DNA from: an uncultured Bacillota bacterium
GTDB taxonomy: Bacteria > Bacillota > Dehalobacteriia > UBA4068 > UBA4997
Direction of reading: 5' to 3'
Assembly: GCA_948907985.1 (NCBI GenBank)
Contig: CAQWMM010000005.1
Coordinates: 5-64,004 of the forward strand
Length of the DNA: 64,000 nt
The translations under genes were made by a program, and so were the position numbers. Below the pieces are notes generated by a model. The model was not told the origin of the DNA. It worked only from the letters and a program-made list of their open reading frames with translations, and made no database searches. Positions 1 through 9,237 of the stretch are shown here, in pieces; positions within the stretch are counted from its first letter, which is position 1, and every line of letters begins with the position of its first letter.

Positions 1-737
1 TGCCGCCGGTTCTGCTGGGGGGCAATCATGCTGAAATTGAACACTGGCGGCGGCGGCAAAGTCTGGAGCGTACCTATAACCGCCGGCCGGAACTGCTGAA
101 TCAGGCCAGACTGACAGCCGAAGATTTGCATTTTTTGGCGGAACTGAAACAGCGGCGCCGGGGCCAAAGCCGGGTTTGGCTGGCTTTGGTGCACTATCCG
201 GTTTACAATAAAAAGCACGAGGTTGTCAACACCTCGATCACCAATTTGGATATTCATGATATTGCCAGGGCGGCCGCCACCTTTGGGCTGGCCGGGTATT
301 TTCTGGTGCAGCCGGCAGCCGGCCAGCAGGAATTGATTGGCAGCCTGCTTAAACATTGGCAGTATGGTTTTGGCGCGCGTTATAATCCTGACCGGCACGA
401 GGCACTAAGCCGGATCAGCTTATGCGACAGTCTGACGGAGGCCGCCGCGGCGATTGAGCGGGAGGCCGGGCAAAAACCGCGTCTGGTGGCCACCTCTGCC
501 CGGCCCTGCGCTCAAATGTGCGGCTATGGGCGGATGCGGCGGCAAATTGTGGAAAGCGACGAGCCATATCTGCTGGTTTTCGGCACGGGCTGGGGGCTGA
601 CCGACGAGTTGCTGGCGGCGGCGGATTGGGTGTTGAGGCCGGTTTATGGCGCGGCCGATTATAACCACCTTTCGGTGCGCAGTGCGGTTTCCATAATTTT
701 AGACCGTCTGTTTGGCGAGGGCGGCGAACGATTTTAA
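1..737 (+). CDS. trmD: TrmD C-terminus continuous in frame with a second SPOUT-type RNA methyltransferase-like domain (TM1570/Methyltrn_RNA_4-like); 5' partial
   Basis: The frame from nt 3 reads [32 protein letters not shown] (canonical TrmD C-terminus). It has no stop before the [29 protein letters not shown] domain. The track ORF 126..737 is the same frame called from an internal TTG. Confidence 0.6.
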   Translation, partial: PPVLLGGNHAEIEHWRRRQSLERTYNRRPELLNQARLTAEDLHFLAELKQRRRGQSRVWLALVHYPVYNKKHEVVNTSITNLDIHDIARAAATFGLAGYFLVQPAAGQQELIGSLLKHWQYGFGARYNPDRHEALSRISLCDSLTEAAAAIEREAGQKPRLVATSARPCAQMCGYGRMRRQIVESDEPYLLVFGTGWGLTDELLAAADWVLRPVYGAADYNHLSVRSAVSIILDRLFGEGGERF

Positions 738-798
738 AATAATAATCGCCGCCGTTATGGCTGACAACGGCAGCGATTAATAGAGGATTATTTGCTGT

Positions 799-1368
799 TT
801 AGTTGAGTTTTGAGCCGCAGGTGGGGCAAAACCGGCCGGTGCAGTCGCCGGTGAAACTGCCAAGATTGTGGTTGGCATGGGCGCGCGGCACAAAGATTTT
901 GTCGCCGGGGTAAACCATATCCGGATTTTGGATATGGGGGTTCACCTTTAAAAGCTCTTTCATGCTGATGTTGAAGCATTTGGCCAGCTGATAAATATTG
1001 TCGTTTTTGCGCACAACATAGATCAGCGGCCGGGGCAGATTGGCCAGTTCGCTGCAATATTCGTCCCGCTCTTCGGTTGACATGTCGTTAATGCTTTGGT
1101 TGTCCTGCGGGGCCTGGGGCGCCGGCGGCATGGGATACTGCGGCTTGTTGGGCGATTCCCACTCCGCAGGCGGCACGGTGGGCTGGGACGGCGCTGTGGG
1201 CGGCGGGCAGGTTTCGCAGCCCTCCGGCAAATAAATTTTTTCTCCTAAACTGATATTGTTAGGGTTGGTGATTTGCGGATTGGCCGCCAAAATTTCCGCC
1301 AGACTACAGTTGTGCATCTGGGCGATACTCCACAGGCTTTCTCCTTTGGCTATGATGTGGTAATTCAT
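799..1368 (-). CDS. Double LysM peptidoglycan-binding protein with Pro-rich linker and CxxC pairs (spore coat SafA-like?)
   Basis: Two LysM motifs (GESLWSIAQMH..., DNIYQLAKCFNISMKELLKVNP) separated by a PPTAPSQPTVPP linker. CETC and CPTC pairs are present. Confidence 0.7.
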   Translation of the reverse strand: MNYHIIAKGESLWSIAQMHNCSLAEILAANPQITNPNNISLGEKIYLPEGCETCPPPTAPSQPTVPPAEWESPNKPQYPMPPAPQAPQDNQSINDMSTEERDEYCSELANLPRPLIYVVRKNDNIYQLAKCFNISMKELLKVNPHIQNPDMVYPGDKIFVPRAHANHNLGSFTGDCTGRFCPTCGSKLN

Positions 1369-1577
1369 GCTTTGCCTCCTTCAAACCTTGTTGATATATA
1401 ATATTTTATAGCCGGAGGCAGGCAGTGGTTACTGAATTTGCAGAAAAAACTGTTGTAGTTTTATGAAAAAATTTTTTGTAAAGCTTTAAATTTGCAAAAA
1501 TCTATGTTATTATATATGTTGATATTGCTTGTATATATTGCTTTGCTGGATTTAAATTTTTTTTTGAGGTTTTTGTA

Positions 1578-2009
1578 ATGAATTTTGCTAAACATGAAAA
1601 GATTTTTCAAACAGCCGGCCATTTGGCCGAACTTTTGCGTGCCTGCCCGGAGTATACTCATTATATTCAGGCCCGCGAGCGTTTGTTGCAGGACCCGGTT
1701 AACCGTAAATTATTTATGGAACTGCGGCAAAAACAGTTTGATTTGGAGGAAACGCTGGACGAAAGCGATGAGTTTAACCAAAAACAGCGTTTTATCAACG
1801 ATTTGTTGATGTCGGTGGCGCTGAACCCGGTGGTTAATGATTATTTGAATGCCGAGTATAGTTTTGGCCGCATTATTGAACATATCAGCGAAATTTTTGA
1901 GCCGATTATGCCTTATGACGATTTGGACGAAGACGGCATGGAGGAATTTTATAATCTGTTGGAAACGGCGGATAAAAAGGCCCCGGGTGAAACAAGCTAT
2001 CTTAATTGA
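1578..2009 (+). CDS. ylbF: YlbF/YmcA-family regulator (UPF0342)
   Basis: 143 aa, acidic, helical; length and pattern fit the Com_YlbF family. GGAGG-like RBS upstream. Confidence 0.55.
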   Translation: MNFAKHEKIFQTAGHLAELLRACPEYTHYIQARERLLQDPVNRKLFMELRQKQFDLEETLDESDEFNQKQRFINDLLMSVALNPVVNDYLNAEYSFGRIIEHISEIFEPIMPYDDLDEDGMEEFYNLLETADKKAPGETSYLN

Positions 2010-2097
2010 GCCGTTTGGGTATTTTAATATAGAAGCCTTTTTGACAGAGAATTTTTTAATAAATAATTTTGGTAATTTATGATGGGGGTGCCCTTTT

Positions 2098-2559
2098 ATG
2101 CCAACAGCATTACACCGCATGACTAAGCAACGCCAGGCGATTATTAATATGTTGGACTCATCAGACGCCCACCCGACGGCGGAAATGGTTTATGCCGCTG
2201 TGCGCCGGGAATTGCCGGATATAAGTCTGGCGACAGTTTATCGTAATTTGCAGCTTTTGGTGGCGCAGGGAAAGGTGCGGGAAATCAGGCAGGGGCGCGA
2301 CGGCTCGCGTTTTGACAGCCATATGGAACCGCACAGCCACTTTTTTTGTCAAAACTGCGGTCGGGTTTATGATCTGCCGGCTTATTCCGTTGAACCGCCG
2401 GCCTCCTGGCTGCGTCAGGTTCCGGGGCGGCTGCTGGAACAGCGAACCGATTTTTTCGGCATTTGCCGGCATTGCCTGAATAATGATAACCTTAAAGGCG
2501 AAAATATTAATAAGAATAGTGCTGAAAAAGCTGATATGGCTGAAAATATAAATAAATAA
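2098..2559 (+). CDS. Fur-family metalloregulator (Fur/Zur/PerR type) with Asn/Lys-rich tail
   Basis: Winged-helix N-terminus ATVYRNLQLL, HSHFFCQNCG and GICRHC (two CxxC). Confidence 0.85.
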   Translation: MPTALHRMTKQRQAIINMLDSSDAHPTAEMVYAAVRRELPDISLATVYRNLQLLVAQGKVREIRQGRDGSRFDSHMEPHSHFFCQNCGRVYDLPAYSVEPPASWLRQVPGRLLEQRTDFFGICRHCLNNDNLKGENINKNSAEKADMAENINK

Positions 2560-2582
2560 GCTTGGTTTGGAGGAATAAATTA

Positions 2583-3617
2583 ATGTCGATTATGGGTATG
2601 CGGGAATGGTTCCGCAAAAACAGAGTTATGATGGTGGTGGTTTTTGCTCTGCTGCTGGTGGGTATTTTGATTTCTTACGGTCGATTTGGCAGCAGTTCAA
2701 CTTATACGGCGGCCGATTATGAAAAGATGGTGGAACAGGCTAGAGCCGCCTATGCGGAGGACCCCACCGCGCCGGAAAATGTTTTGGCTATGTATCAAAC
2801 GCTGTCTAATTATGTGCAGTTTTTAAGCGATACCAAAGGCGATCAGGAGGAGATTAAAGCTTTGGACGCCGAGGCTGTCGGCTTTTATGACGAGTATTAC
2901 GGTTTATTGGCCGAGGAGGCGAAGAGCGCCTATCAGGCCGAGCCAAATTATGCTAACGCTTATACGGTGGCCAACTATCTGTTTGAACGCTATCGGGCGC
3001 AGGCCTCTATGGAGGGCATGGAGGGCGGAGCCGCTATGCAGGCCGAGGTTACCAACTGGATGATTGTGGCTATGGGCCATAAGGTGGACGACGACCGGGC
3101 TTTGCTGGCAGAAAATCCGACAGATTCTGTTACCCTGGCGGATTTGGGCGACGCGGTGGGCGCTTTGGCCTATTACCGGCATGAGCAGGACGGCAGCTAT
3201 GATTTGACGGCCAGCTATCAGGAAGCTTTGGATCTGTTCCAGCAGGCGATTGATAACTGCCCGGCTGACGCTGAACCTGCTGTTTTGGCCAGTTATTATC
3301 TGAAGAAAGCGGAATGTGCTTTTAATATGAATGATACCGCACAGGCCGAGGAACTTTATAAAGCCGCTTTGGCCGCTGCCCCGGCAGATTTTGACGCTAA
3401 TATGAATTATGCTTCTTATCTGTTGAACGTCGGTCGTATTGACGAGTGTCTGGCGGCTCTGGAGGCGTATAAGCCCCAGATTAGCGAGGAAGACCCCAAT
3501 TACCAGTCCTTCCAGCAGTATTATGATTCGGTTGTCGCTTTAAAGGAGCAGCTGGATAATCCGCAGGTTGATGAGGAAAACGGCGGCGCTGAAAATAACG
3601 AAAGCGGCGCGAACTAA
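2583..3617 (+). CDS. Membrane-anchored TPR-like repeat protein
   Basis: N-terminal TM helix then Ala/Tyr/Glu-rich helical repeats. ATG 8 nt after GGAGGA. Confidence 0.5.
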   Translation: MSIMGMREWFRKNRVMMVVVFALLLVGILISYGRFGSSSTYTAADYEKMVEQARAAYAEDPTAPENVLAMYQTLSNYVQFLSDTKGDQEEIKALDAEAVGFYDEYYGLLAEEAKSAYQAEPNYANAYTVANYLFERYRAQASMEGMEGGAAMQAEVTNWMIVAMGHKVDDDRALLAENPTDSVTLADLGDAVGALAYYRHEQDGSYDLTASYQEALDLFQQAIDNCPADAEPAVLASYYLKKAECAFNMNDTAQAEELYKAALAAAPADFDANMNYASYLLNVGRIDECLAALEAYKPQISEEDPNYQSFQQYYDSVVALKEQLDNPQVDEENGGAENNESGAN

Positions 3618-3698
3618 ATGTCAAAATTTTCTGCTGAATAAATTTTTAGCAAGCTGAAATGATTAAAAAACTAAAGATTGAAGAAAGAGGTGGGCAAA

Positions 3699-4925
3699 AT
3701 GTTACAAGGTAATGCCGTAATTGCTCAATCCGGCGGGCCGACCGCGGTTATTAACAGCAGCGTTTGCGGCGCGGTGCAGACCTGGTTGGCTGCGGAGAAC
3801 CGGCCCGGCACAATTTATGCGGCAATTTCCGGAATCAAAGGCTTTTTTGATGAGGATTTGCTGGATTTGGCCGAGCAACCGGCTGATGTTATCGCCGGTT
3901 TGCGCTGGACGCCCGGCGCCGGTTTATTCTCCTGCCGCTATAAAGTAAGCGAGGAGGAATACCCGCGTTTGGTGGAGATCTGCCAAAAGTATAACATTCG
4001 TTATTTCTTCTATAATGGCGGCAATGATTCCATGGATACCTGCAACAAAATGAGCCTGGCGGCGGAAAAATTGGGCTATGAAATGCGGGTTATCGGCATC
4101 CCCAAAACGGTAGACAATGATTTGCCGATTACGGATCACTGCCCCGGCTTTGCCAGCGCGGCCAAGTATCTGGCGGCAACGGTTATGGAAACCGGCATTG
4201 ATTTGGCCTCGGTGGCCACCAAAAACAAGGTTTGCATTATTGAGGCTATGGGGCGCAATGCCGGCTGGCTGACCGCAGCGGCAGCCCTGGCTAAACGTAC
4301 GCCGGAAGAAGCGCCGCATCTGATCTATCTGCCGGAGGTTCCTTTTGATACGGAACAGTTTTTGCTGGACGTTAAGGCTGTTTATGACCGCCTTGGTTAC
4401 TGCTTTGTGGTGGCCAGCGAGGGTATTATGGATAAAGGCGGCAATTATATCGCCGCCGACGGACGGGTGGACGCTTTTGGCCATGCCCAGCTCTCTGGCG
4501 CGGGCGAAACGCTGAAAAACCTGGTGGAAGAAAGGCTGGGCCTGAAAGCCCGCTGCAACACGCTGGGAACGGCCCAGCGTTCCGCTATGCACTTTGCCTC
4601 CAAAACCGACGCCGACGAGGCCTACGCCACCGGCGTCAGGGCGGTGGAGCTGGCTCTGGCCGGCCAAAGCGGCCTGATGATAACCCTGAACCGTGAGCCG
4701 GGCGAGGAATACCGCTGCACTTTGGGCGAAGCGCCGCTTAGCGCCGTAGCCAATGTGGAAAAGAAAGTTCCGCGTGAATGGGTTAACGCCGAGGGCAACT
4801 ATGTTACCGAGGACTTTATCAAATACTGCCGCCCGCTGATCGAGGGCGAAGTGCCGGTGCCGATGCGCGGCGGACTGCCGGATTATGTAGCTTTGAATAT
4901 GGAACTTGGCCGGGTTAAAAAGTGA
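3699..4925 (+). CDS. pfp: 6-phosphofructokinase, likely PPi-dependent type
   Basis: Start MLQGNAVIAQSGGPTAVINSSV; MGRNAGWL; PFK fold. 409 aa is typical of the PPi-PFK group. Confidence 0.85.
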   Translation: MLQGNAVIAQSGGPTAVINSSVCGAVQTWLAAENRPGTIYAAISGIKGFFDEDLLDLAEQPADVIAGLRWTPGAGLFSCRYKVSEEEYPRLVEICQKYNIRYFFYNGGNDSMDTCNKMSLAAEKLGYEMRVIGIPKTVDNDLPITDHCPGFASAAKYLAATVMETGIDLASVATKNKVCIIEAMGRNAGWLTAAAALAKRTPEEAPHLIYLPEVPFDTEQFLLDVKAVYDRLGYCFVVASEGIMDKGGNYIAADGRVDAFGHAQLSGAGETLKNLVEERLGLKARCNTLGTAQRSAMHFASKTDADEAYATGVRAVELALAGQSGLMITLNREPGEEYRCTLGEAPLSAVANVEKKVPREWVNAEGNYVTEDFIKYCRPLIEGEVPVPMRGGLPDYVALNMELGRVKK

Positions 4926-5035
4926 ACATAAAATAATCCTGATAAAATAAATCCCTTTGCCTGGGCTGCAGAGGGATTTATTTTGCTTTGCGGGCATATA
5001 AGAATATAAATAATTTGGCAAGGATCGTGATAGCT

Positions 5036-5959
5036 ATGTTTGGTAGGGCGGCGGACGCGCACTGTGATACGGTTGGGCGGCTGGGGGCTTTGGATTTGGC
5101 TTTGGGCTGTCCCGAGGCGGCACATTTAGATTTTCCACGGTTGCGACAAAATGTTAAGCTGCAATTTATGGCTTTTTTTCTGCATCAGGCTGCGCCGGAA
5201 CAGGCCTGGCAGGATTTGCGGCGTATGCGCCGTAATTTGCAGGTGGCCATGGAACTTTGCGGTGGGCTGGAGTTGATGCTTAATTTGCGTCAGGCCGGGT
5301 TAAAGCCGGGCGTGCAGCTGGTTTTGGCGGTGGAGGGACTGGATTTGCTGGCTGGCGTTTCATCGGCGGAGGAGTTGTATCGTTTGGGGTTTCGGAGTTT
5401 GGGGCTGTTTTGGAACAACGACAATTTTCTGGGCTGCGGCGCGGACGCGGTGGGCGCGGCGGACTGCGGCCTGACTAAAGCCGGGCGGGATTTTGTGGTC
5501 TATGCCGAAAGCCGGGGGTTTTTGCTGGATTTGGCGCATGCTTCGCAGAATAGTTTCTGGCAGGCGGCGGATTTACAGCGGAAGCCCGTTTTTGTCAGCC
5601 ATGCCTGCTGCCAGGCGCTTTGTCCGCACCGGCGCAATTTATCCGATGAACAGCTGCGCCGCGTCGGCGCAAGCGGCGGTTGGCTGGGCGTTACCATGGC
5701 GCCGGGCTTTTTGCGTCTGGATGGCCAGGCGGCTTTACCGGATTTGCTTAAACATATTCAACACGCAGTGAATTTGGCGGGGGAAGACGCGGTTGGTTTT
5801 GGTTCTGATTTTGACGGCGTGGAGCATTTGCCGCAGGGCATTGCCGGTGCGCAAAGCTGGCCAGATGTGGCGGAGGCGCTGCTGGCGGCGGGGTTCAGCC
5901 AGAGGCAGGCCGAGAAAATTTTGGGCGGCAACCTGCTACGCTTTTTGCGCGAATATTGA
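5036..5959 (+). CDS. Membrane dipeptidase (peptidase M19 family)
   Basis: DAHCDT metal-binding motif near the N-terminus; 307 aa; renal-dipeptidase fold signature. Confidence 0.7.
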   Translation: MFGRAADAHCDTVGRLGALDLALGCPEAAHLDFPRLRQNVKLQFMAFFLHQAAPEQAWQDLRRMRRNLQVAMELCGGLELMLNLRQAGLKPGVQLVLAVEGLDLLAGVSSAEELYRLGFRSLGLFWNNDNFLGCGADAVGAADCGLTKAGRDFVVYAESRGFLLDLAHASQNSFWQAADLQRKPVFVSHACCQALCPHRRNLSDEQLRRVGASGGWLGVTMAPGFLRLDGQAALPDLLKHIQHAVNLAGEDAVGFGSDFDGVEHLPQGIAGAQSWPDVAEALLAAGFSQRQAEKILGGNLLRFLREY

Positions 5960-5962
5960 AAT

Positions 5963-5996
5963 AGCCCTCTCGGCTTTTGACCAGAGAGGGCTAATA
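5963..5996. terminator. Bidirectional rho-independent terminator between convergent dipeptidase and rpmF
   Basis: agccctctcggcttttgaccagagagggct hairpin with A/T runs on both sides. Confidence 0.7.
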
Positions 5997-6017
5997 AACA
6001 GTAAATCCTGTTAAGAT

Positions 6018-6221
6018 TTATTCTTCTTCAACTTTTTCCGCCTTAACAACTTTCACCGGACGGCCTTTATAATAGCCGCACTGCGGGCAGGCATGATGAG
6101 GCAGTTTGAAAGCATGGCACTGCGGACAGAGCGAAATTGCTGTAGCTGTGAAATTGGCATAACGGCCTGCACGGTTCATGCGCCGGTTAGCCTTGGAAGT
6201 TTTCCCCTTTGGTACACCCAT
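6018..6221 (-). CDS. rpmF: 50S ribosomal protein L32
   Basis: MGVPKGKTSKANRRMNRAGRY...CPQCHAFKLPHHACPQCGYY matches the L32 consensus. Confidence 0.95.
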   Translation of the reverse strand: MGVPKGKTSKANRRMNRAGRYANFTATAISLCPQCHAFKLPHHACPQCGYYKGRPVKVVKAEKVEEE

Positions 6222-6224
6222 TTT

Positions 6225-6755
6225 TTACACCTCCTTATCTTTATTCATGGCGTTAAACAAGGCTTGCAGCTTGCTTAAACGTATGTCAATATCCTGATGG
6301 TTACAAGAGCAGGTTTGCCGGTTTAAGTCCGCCCCGCAGTCAGGGCAAAGCCCTTTGCAGTCCGGCCGGCAGAGCGGCTGCATAGGCAGCTCCAGCAGCA
6401 GAGCGCGCAACAAAGCCGGTGCAATATCAATTTCATCACCGCTGAAAAAGCTGACTTCATATTCGTCATCTTCAGAGAGCGCCTCTGGTTTGTTGGTAAA
6501 CGTTTCAGCAATATCGGCGCTTATGGTCTGCTCAAAATCAGCCAGACAGCGCGAGCAGCTAAGCCGCAGTTTGGCCGAGGCGCGGCCTTGCAGTTCCAAA
6601 AAAGGGGCGGCGTTTTCAATCTGGCCGGCAAAATGCAGGCTGCCGGCCAAGGCAAGTTCCGGGTAGCCGTAAGCGGCGGCGTCCACCGGCTCCGCCAGTT
6701 TCAGCTTTTCGGAGCATTGGGTTGTGCTTTTAACTTTTGTAACATTTATTAACAT
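6225..6755 (-). CDS. yceD: YceD/DUF177 protein (23S rRNA accumulation protein)
   Basis: C-terminal CRPDCKGLCPDCGADLN...CSC zinc-ribbon-like motif; directly upstream of rpmF. Start trimmed to the MLINVTK Met. Confidence 0.8.
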   Translation of the reverse strand: MLINVTKVKSTTQCSEKLKLAEPVDAAAYGYPELALAGSLHFAGQIENAAPFLELQGRASAKLRLSCSRCLADFEQTISADIAETFTNKPEALSEDDEYEVSFFSGDEIDIAPALLRALLLELPMQPLCRPDCKGLCPDCGADLNRQTCSCNHQDIDIRLSKLQALFNAMNKDKEV

Positions 6756-6913
6756 GCTAGCTATTATACAATATTGGGGCGGGCTTGTCAAGATTAAATA
6801 ACAAAATTTTGTTATATATCCAGGCAAAAAATTTTTTTCCAAAGAATTTTTGACCAAAAGGTTGTAATGTTAAAAAACATGTGGTAAAATAACTTAGATA
6901 AGGGTTATAGGGG

Positions 6914-7897
6914 GTGCAAACGCTGTTTAATTCTTTTATTCAAAAATATAAATATACGCTTTTAACTGTGGTTTTGATGCTGCTGGTTTTGGTGTTTTTC
7001 TGGTTTATGGATGTATCTTATACAATTTATGGCGTGGCGATTGATTCGGAAACCGCCGAGTCCAATTTGCCGCTGACGCCGGAGTATCAGGCCAGCCAGG
7101 ATTATGGCGCGGTGGTGCTGATGTATCATCATATTCTGTCGGATGCTGAAATGGCCGGTGGCAAATATGCCGGCAACAACGCGATTATTTCTGAAAGCCA
7201 GTTTGCCGAAGAAATGCGCTATCTTTCCGAACATGGCTATCATACCTTTAAGATGTCGGAGGTGGCGGCGATTTTGCATAATTCCCTGCCTTTTCCGGAA
7301 AAATCCGTAATCATTACTTTTGACGACGGTTATGCCAGCAACTACACTCTGGCTTATCCTGTCTTGCAGAAGTATAATCTGAAAGCTTCTATTGCGGTGG
7401 TGGTTATTTCTTCCATTGTGGCCTCGGACGACGGCGGGCTTACACAGCAGAACATTCCACATTTAAGTTTTGACCAAATGCGGGAAATGAATGATTCCGG
7501 TTTGGTGGAAATCGGCAGCCATAGTTATGACGGCCATGGGATGATCCAGTCTTCCAAAGGCGGCGGTTTGGGCCGGTTCTTCATTGACCATAAATACCTG
7601 ACTGCGGAAAGCCGCCGGGAGAGCGACGCGGAATATAAAGACCGGATTAATCAGGATTTGCGTTTATCCAAGTATATTCTGGAATCAGAGCTGAACACTG
7701 TGGTTAATTATTTTGCCTATCCTTACGGCGTAACCAACAGCGCCAGCTACAGCGCTTTGGCTAATAACGGTTTTTTGGTGGCGGTTACGACTTCTAAAGG
7801 GACTATTAATAAGCAGAGCGATCCTTTGAAGCTGAACCGGCGCAATGTAGATCAAAATATCAGTTTGGATGAGTTTGCCCGCTTGCTTTCTAGGTAG
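6914..7897 (+). CDS. Polysaccharide deacetylase (NodB-homology) family protein, membrane-anchored
   Basis: N-terminal TM helix; VVLMYHHI and IITFDDGYASN motifs. GTG start after GGGGG RBS. Confidence 0.8.
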   Translation: MQTLFNSFIQKYKYTLLTVVLMLLVLVFFWFMDVSYTIYGVAIDSETAESNLPLTPEYQASQDYGAVVLMYHHILSDAEMAGGKYAGNNAIISESQFAEEMRYLSEHGYHTFKMSEVAAILHNSLPFPEKSVIITFDDGYASNYTLAYPVLQKYNLKASIAVVVISSIVASDDGGLTQQNIPHLSFDQMREMNDSGLVEIGSHSYDGHGMIQSSKGGGLGRFFIDHKYLTAESRRESDAEYKDRINQDLRLSKYILESELNTVVNYFAYPYGVTNSASYSALANNGFLVAVTTSKGTINKQSDPLKLNRRNVDQNISLDEFARLLSR

Positions 7898-7935
7898 CGG
7901 TTGGCATGGCTTCGCTGGGAGGCGGAATTTTGAGC

Positions 7936-8925
7936 GTGAGAATTGCAATAGACGCTATGGGCGGCGATTTGGCCCCCAAAGCATTGGTGGACGGAGCGGT
8001 TAAGGCCGCCTCCGGGGTGCAGGATGTGCAGATTATTTTGGTGGGGCAGACGGATAAACTTCCGCAGGAAAGCTCTTTGCCTGATAATGTAACCATTGAA
8101 GAGGCCGCCACCGTGATGGCTATGGATGAGTCGGTGGAGAACCTGCGCAAAAAACGCGACAGTTCTATTTGGGTGGCTACCAAGATGGTTAAGGAGGGGC
8201 GTGCGGACGCTGTGATTTCGGCTGGCAGTACCGGTGCGCAGATGGCCTCGGCCCTGCTGCTTTTGGGGCGAATCCCCGGTATTACCCGGCCCGGAATCTG
8301 CACGGTGTTTCCCACGGTTAAGGGAGGTTCCATTTTGCTGGATATTGGCGCCAATCTGGAGTTGGATGTGGAACAGTATGTTCAGTTTGCAGTTTTGGGC
8401 AAAGTGGCAGCGCAGGCGCTGCTTAAAGTGGAAAATCCCACTATTGGTCTTTTAAATAATGGTACTGAGGAACATAAGGGCACTGATAAACTGGTTGAGG
8501 CGCATCAGCTGTTGAAAAAATCCGGCTTAAATTTTGTAGGCAACTATGAAGCCCGGGATTTGATGTCTGGACAGGTGGACGTGATTGTTACCGACGGTTT
8601 TACCGGCAACGCGGTGTTGAAGACCTCGGAGGGCCTGGCCAAAACCTTTATGAGCCTGCTCAAACAGGAATTGTCCGCTGGTATGACGCGGCGTTTGGGA
8701 GCGGCTTTGATTATGCCGGGCCTAAAGAAACTGAAACAGATGTTGGATTATAAGGCTATTGGCGGCGCGCCGCTTTTGGGGGTTGGCGGGTTAAGTTTGG
8801 TTTGCCATGGCAGTTCTGACGCGCAGACGATTGAATCCGCTATTAAGCAGACTGTCGGTTTGCAGCAGAGCGGTTTTATTGAATCGCTGCGGGAACAGGC
8901 GGCTAGCTTTTTCCAGCAGAAATAA
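7936..8925 (+). CDS. plsX: Phosphate acyltransferase PlsX
   Basis: VRIAIDAMGGDLAP N-terminus; full PlsX length. Confidence 0.9.
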   Translation: MRIAIDAMGGDLAPKALVDGAVKAASGVQDVQIILVGQTDKLPQESSLPDNVTIEEAATVMAMDESVENLRKKRDSSIWVATKMVKEGRADAVISAGSTGAQMASALLLLGRIPGITRPGICTVFPTVKGGSILLDIGANLELDVEQYVQFAVLGKVAAQALLKVENPTIGLLNNGTEEHKGTDKLVEAHQLLKKSGLNFVGNYEARDLMSGQVDVIVTDGFTGNAVLKTSEGLAKTFMSLLKQELSAGMTRRLGAALIMPGLKKLKQMLDYKAIGGAPLLGVGGLSLVCHGSSDAQTIESAIKQTVGLQQSGFIESLREQAASFFQQK

Positions 8926-8953
8926 AAAATAAAATAATGAAAGGCGATTTAAT

Positions 8954-9184
8954 ATGGATACGATTGAAGTATTGCAAAATGCGATAAAAAAAGAATTGGG
9001 CCGTGATTTGGGCGATTTGACTGTGAACACCACCTTTGAAGAACTGGCTTTGGACTCTTTGGACGTGGTGCAGATGGTTATGGCTATTGAAGAGGCCTTT
9101 GAAATTGAAATTGCCGACGAAGATGTGGACGGTATCAAAACAGTTGGCCAGCTGGTGGAATATATCGAAGAAAAAAGCAAATAG
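8954..9184 (+). CDS. acpP: Acyl carrier protein
   Basis: 76 aa; LALDSLDVVQMVMAIEE (phosphopantetheine Ser in the DSLD motif). Confidence 0.95.
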   Translation: MDTIEVLQNAIKKELGRDLGDLTVNTTFEELALDSLDVVQMVMAIEEAFEIEIADEDVDGIKTVGQLVEYIEEKSK

Positions 9185-9237
9185 TATAAACAAATAATAT
9201 ATTTTGTAAAAACACAAGTGTTATATGGAGATTTGAT

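Noticed and set aside
126-737. Track ORF starting at TTG 126 as an independent gene
   Set aside because: The frame is open from nt 3 and the upstream residues are the canonical TrmD C-terminus. Treated as one continuous (fused) CDS instead.
3924-5021. 365-aa – strand ORF antisense to pfp (and similar long antisense ORFs 11105..11773, 14625..15359, 22550..23338, 23618..24286, 24479..26050, 27211..27966, 28422..29087, 30030..31031, 31739..33097, 34378..35142, 35149..35868, 43230..44192, 44563..45303, 46307..47143, 47931..48626, 56765..58006, 62568..63482)
   Set aside because: Each lies entirely inside a well-supported sense gene. The proteins are Arg/Ala/Gly/Pro-rich nonsense typical of stop-poor frames in high-GC DNA. 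No RBS or family resemblance.
6323-6666. ORFs 6323..6511 (–) and 6355..6666 (+) overlapping yceD
   Set aside because: Both are embedded in yceD in alternative frames, are low-complexity, and have no start signals.
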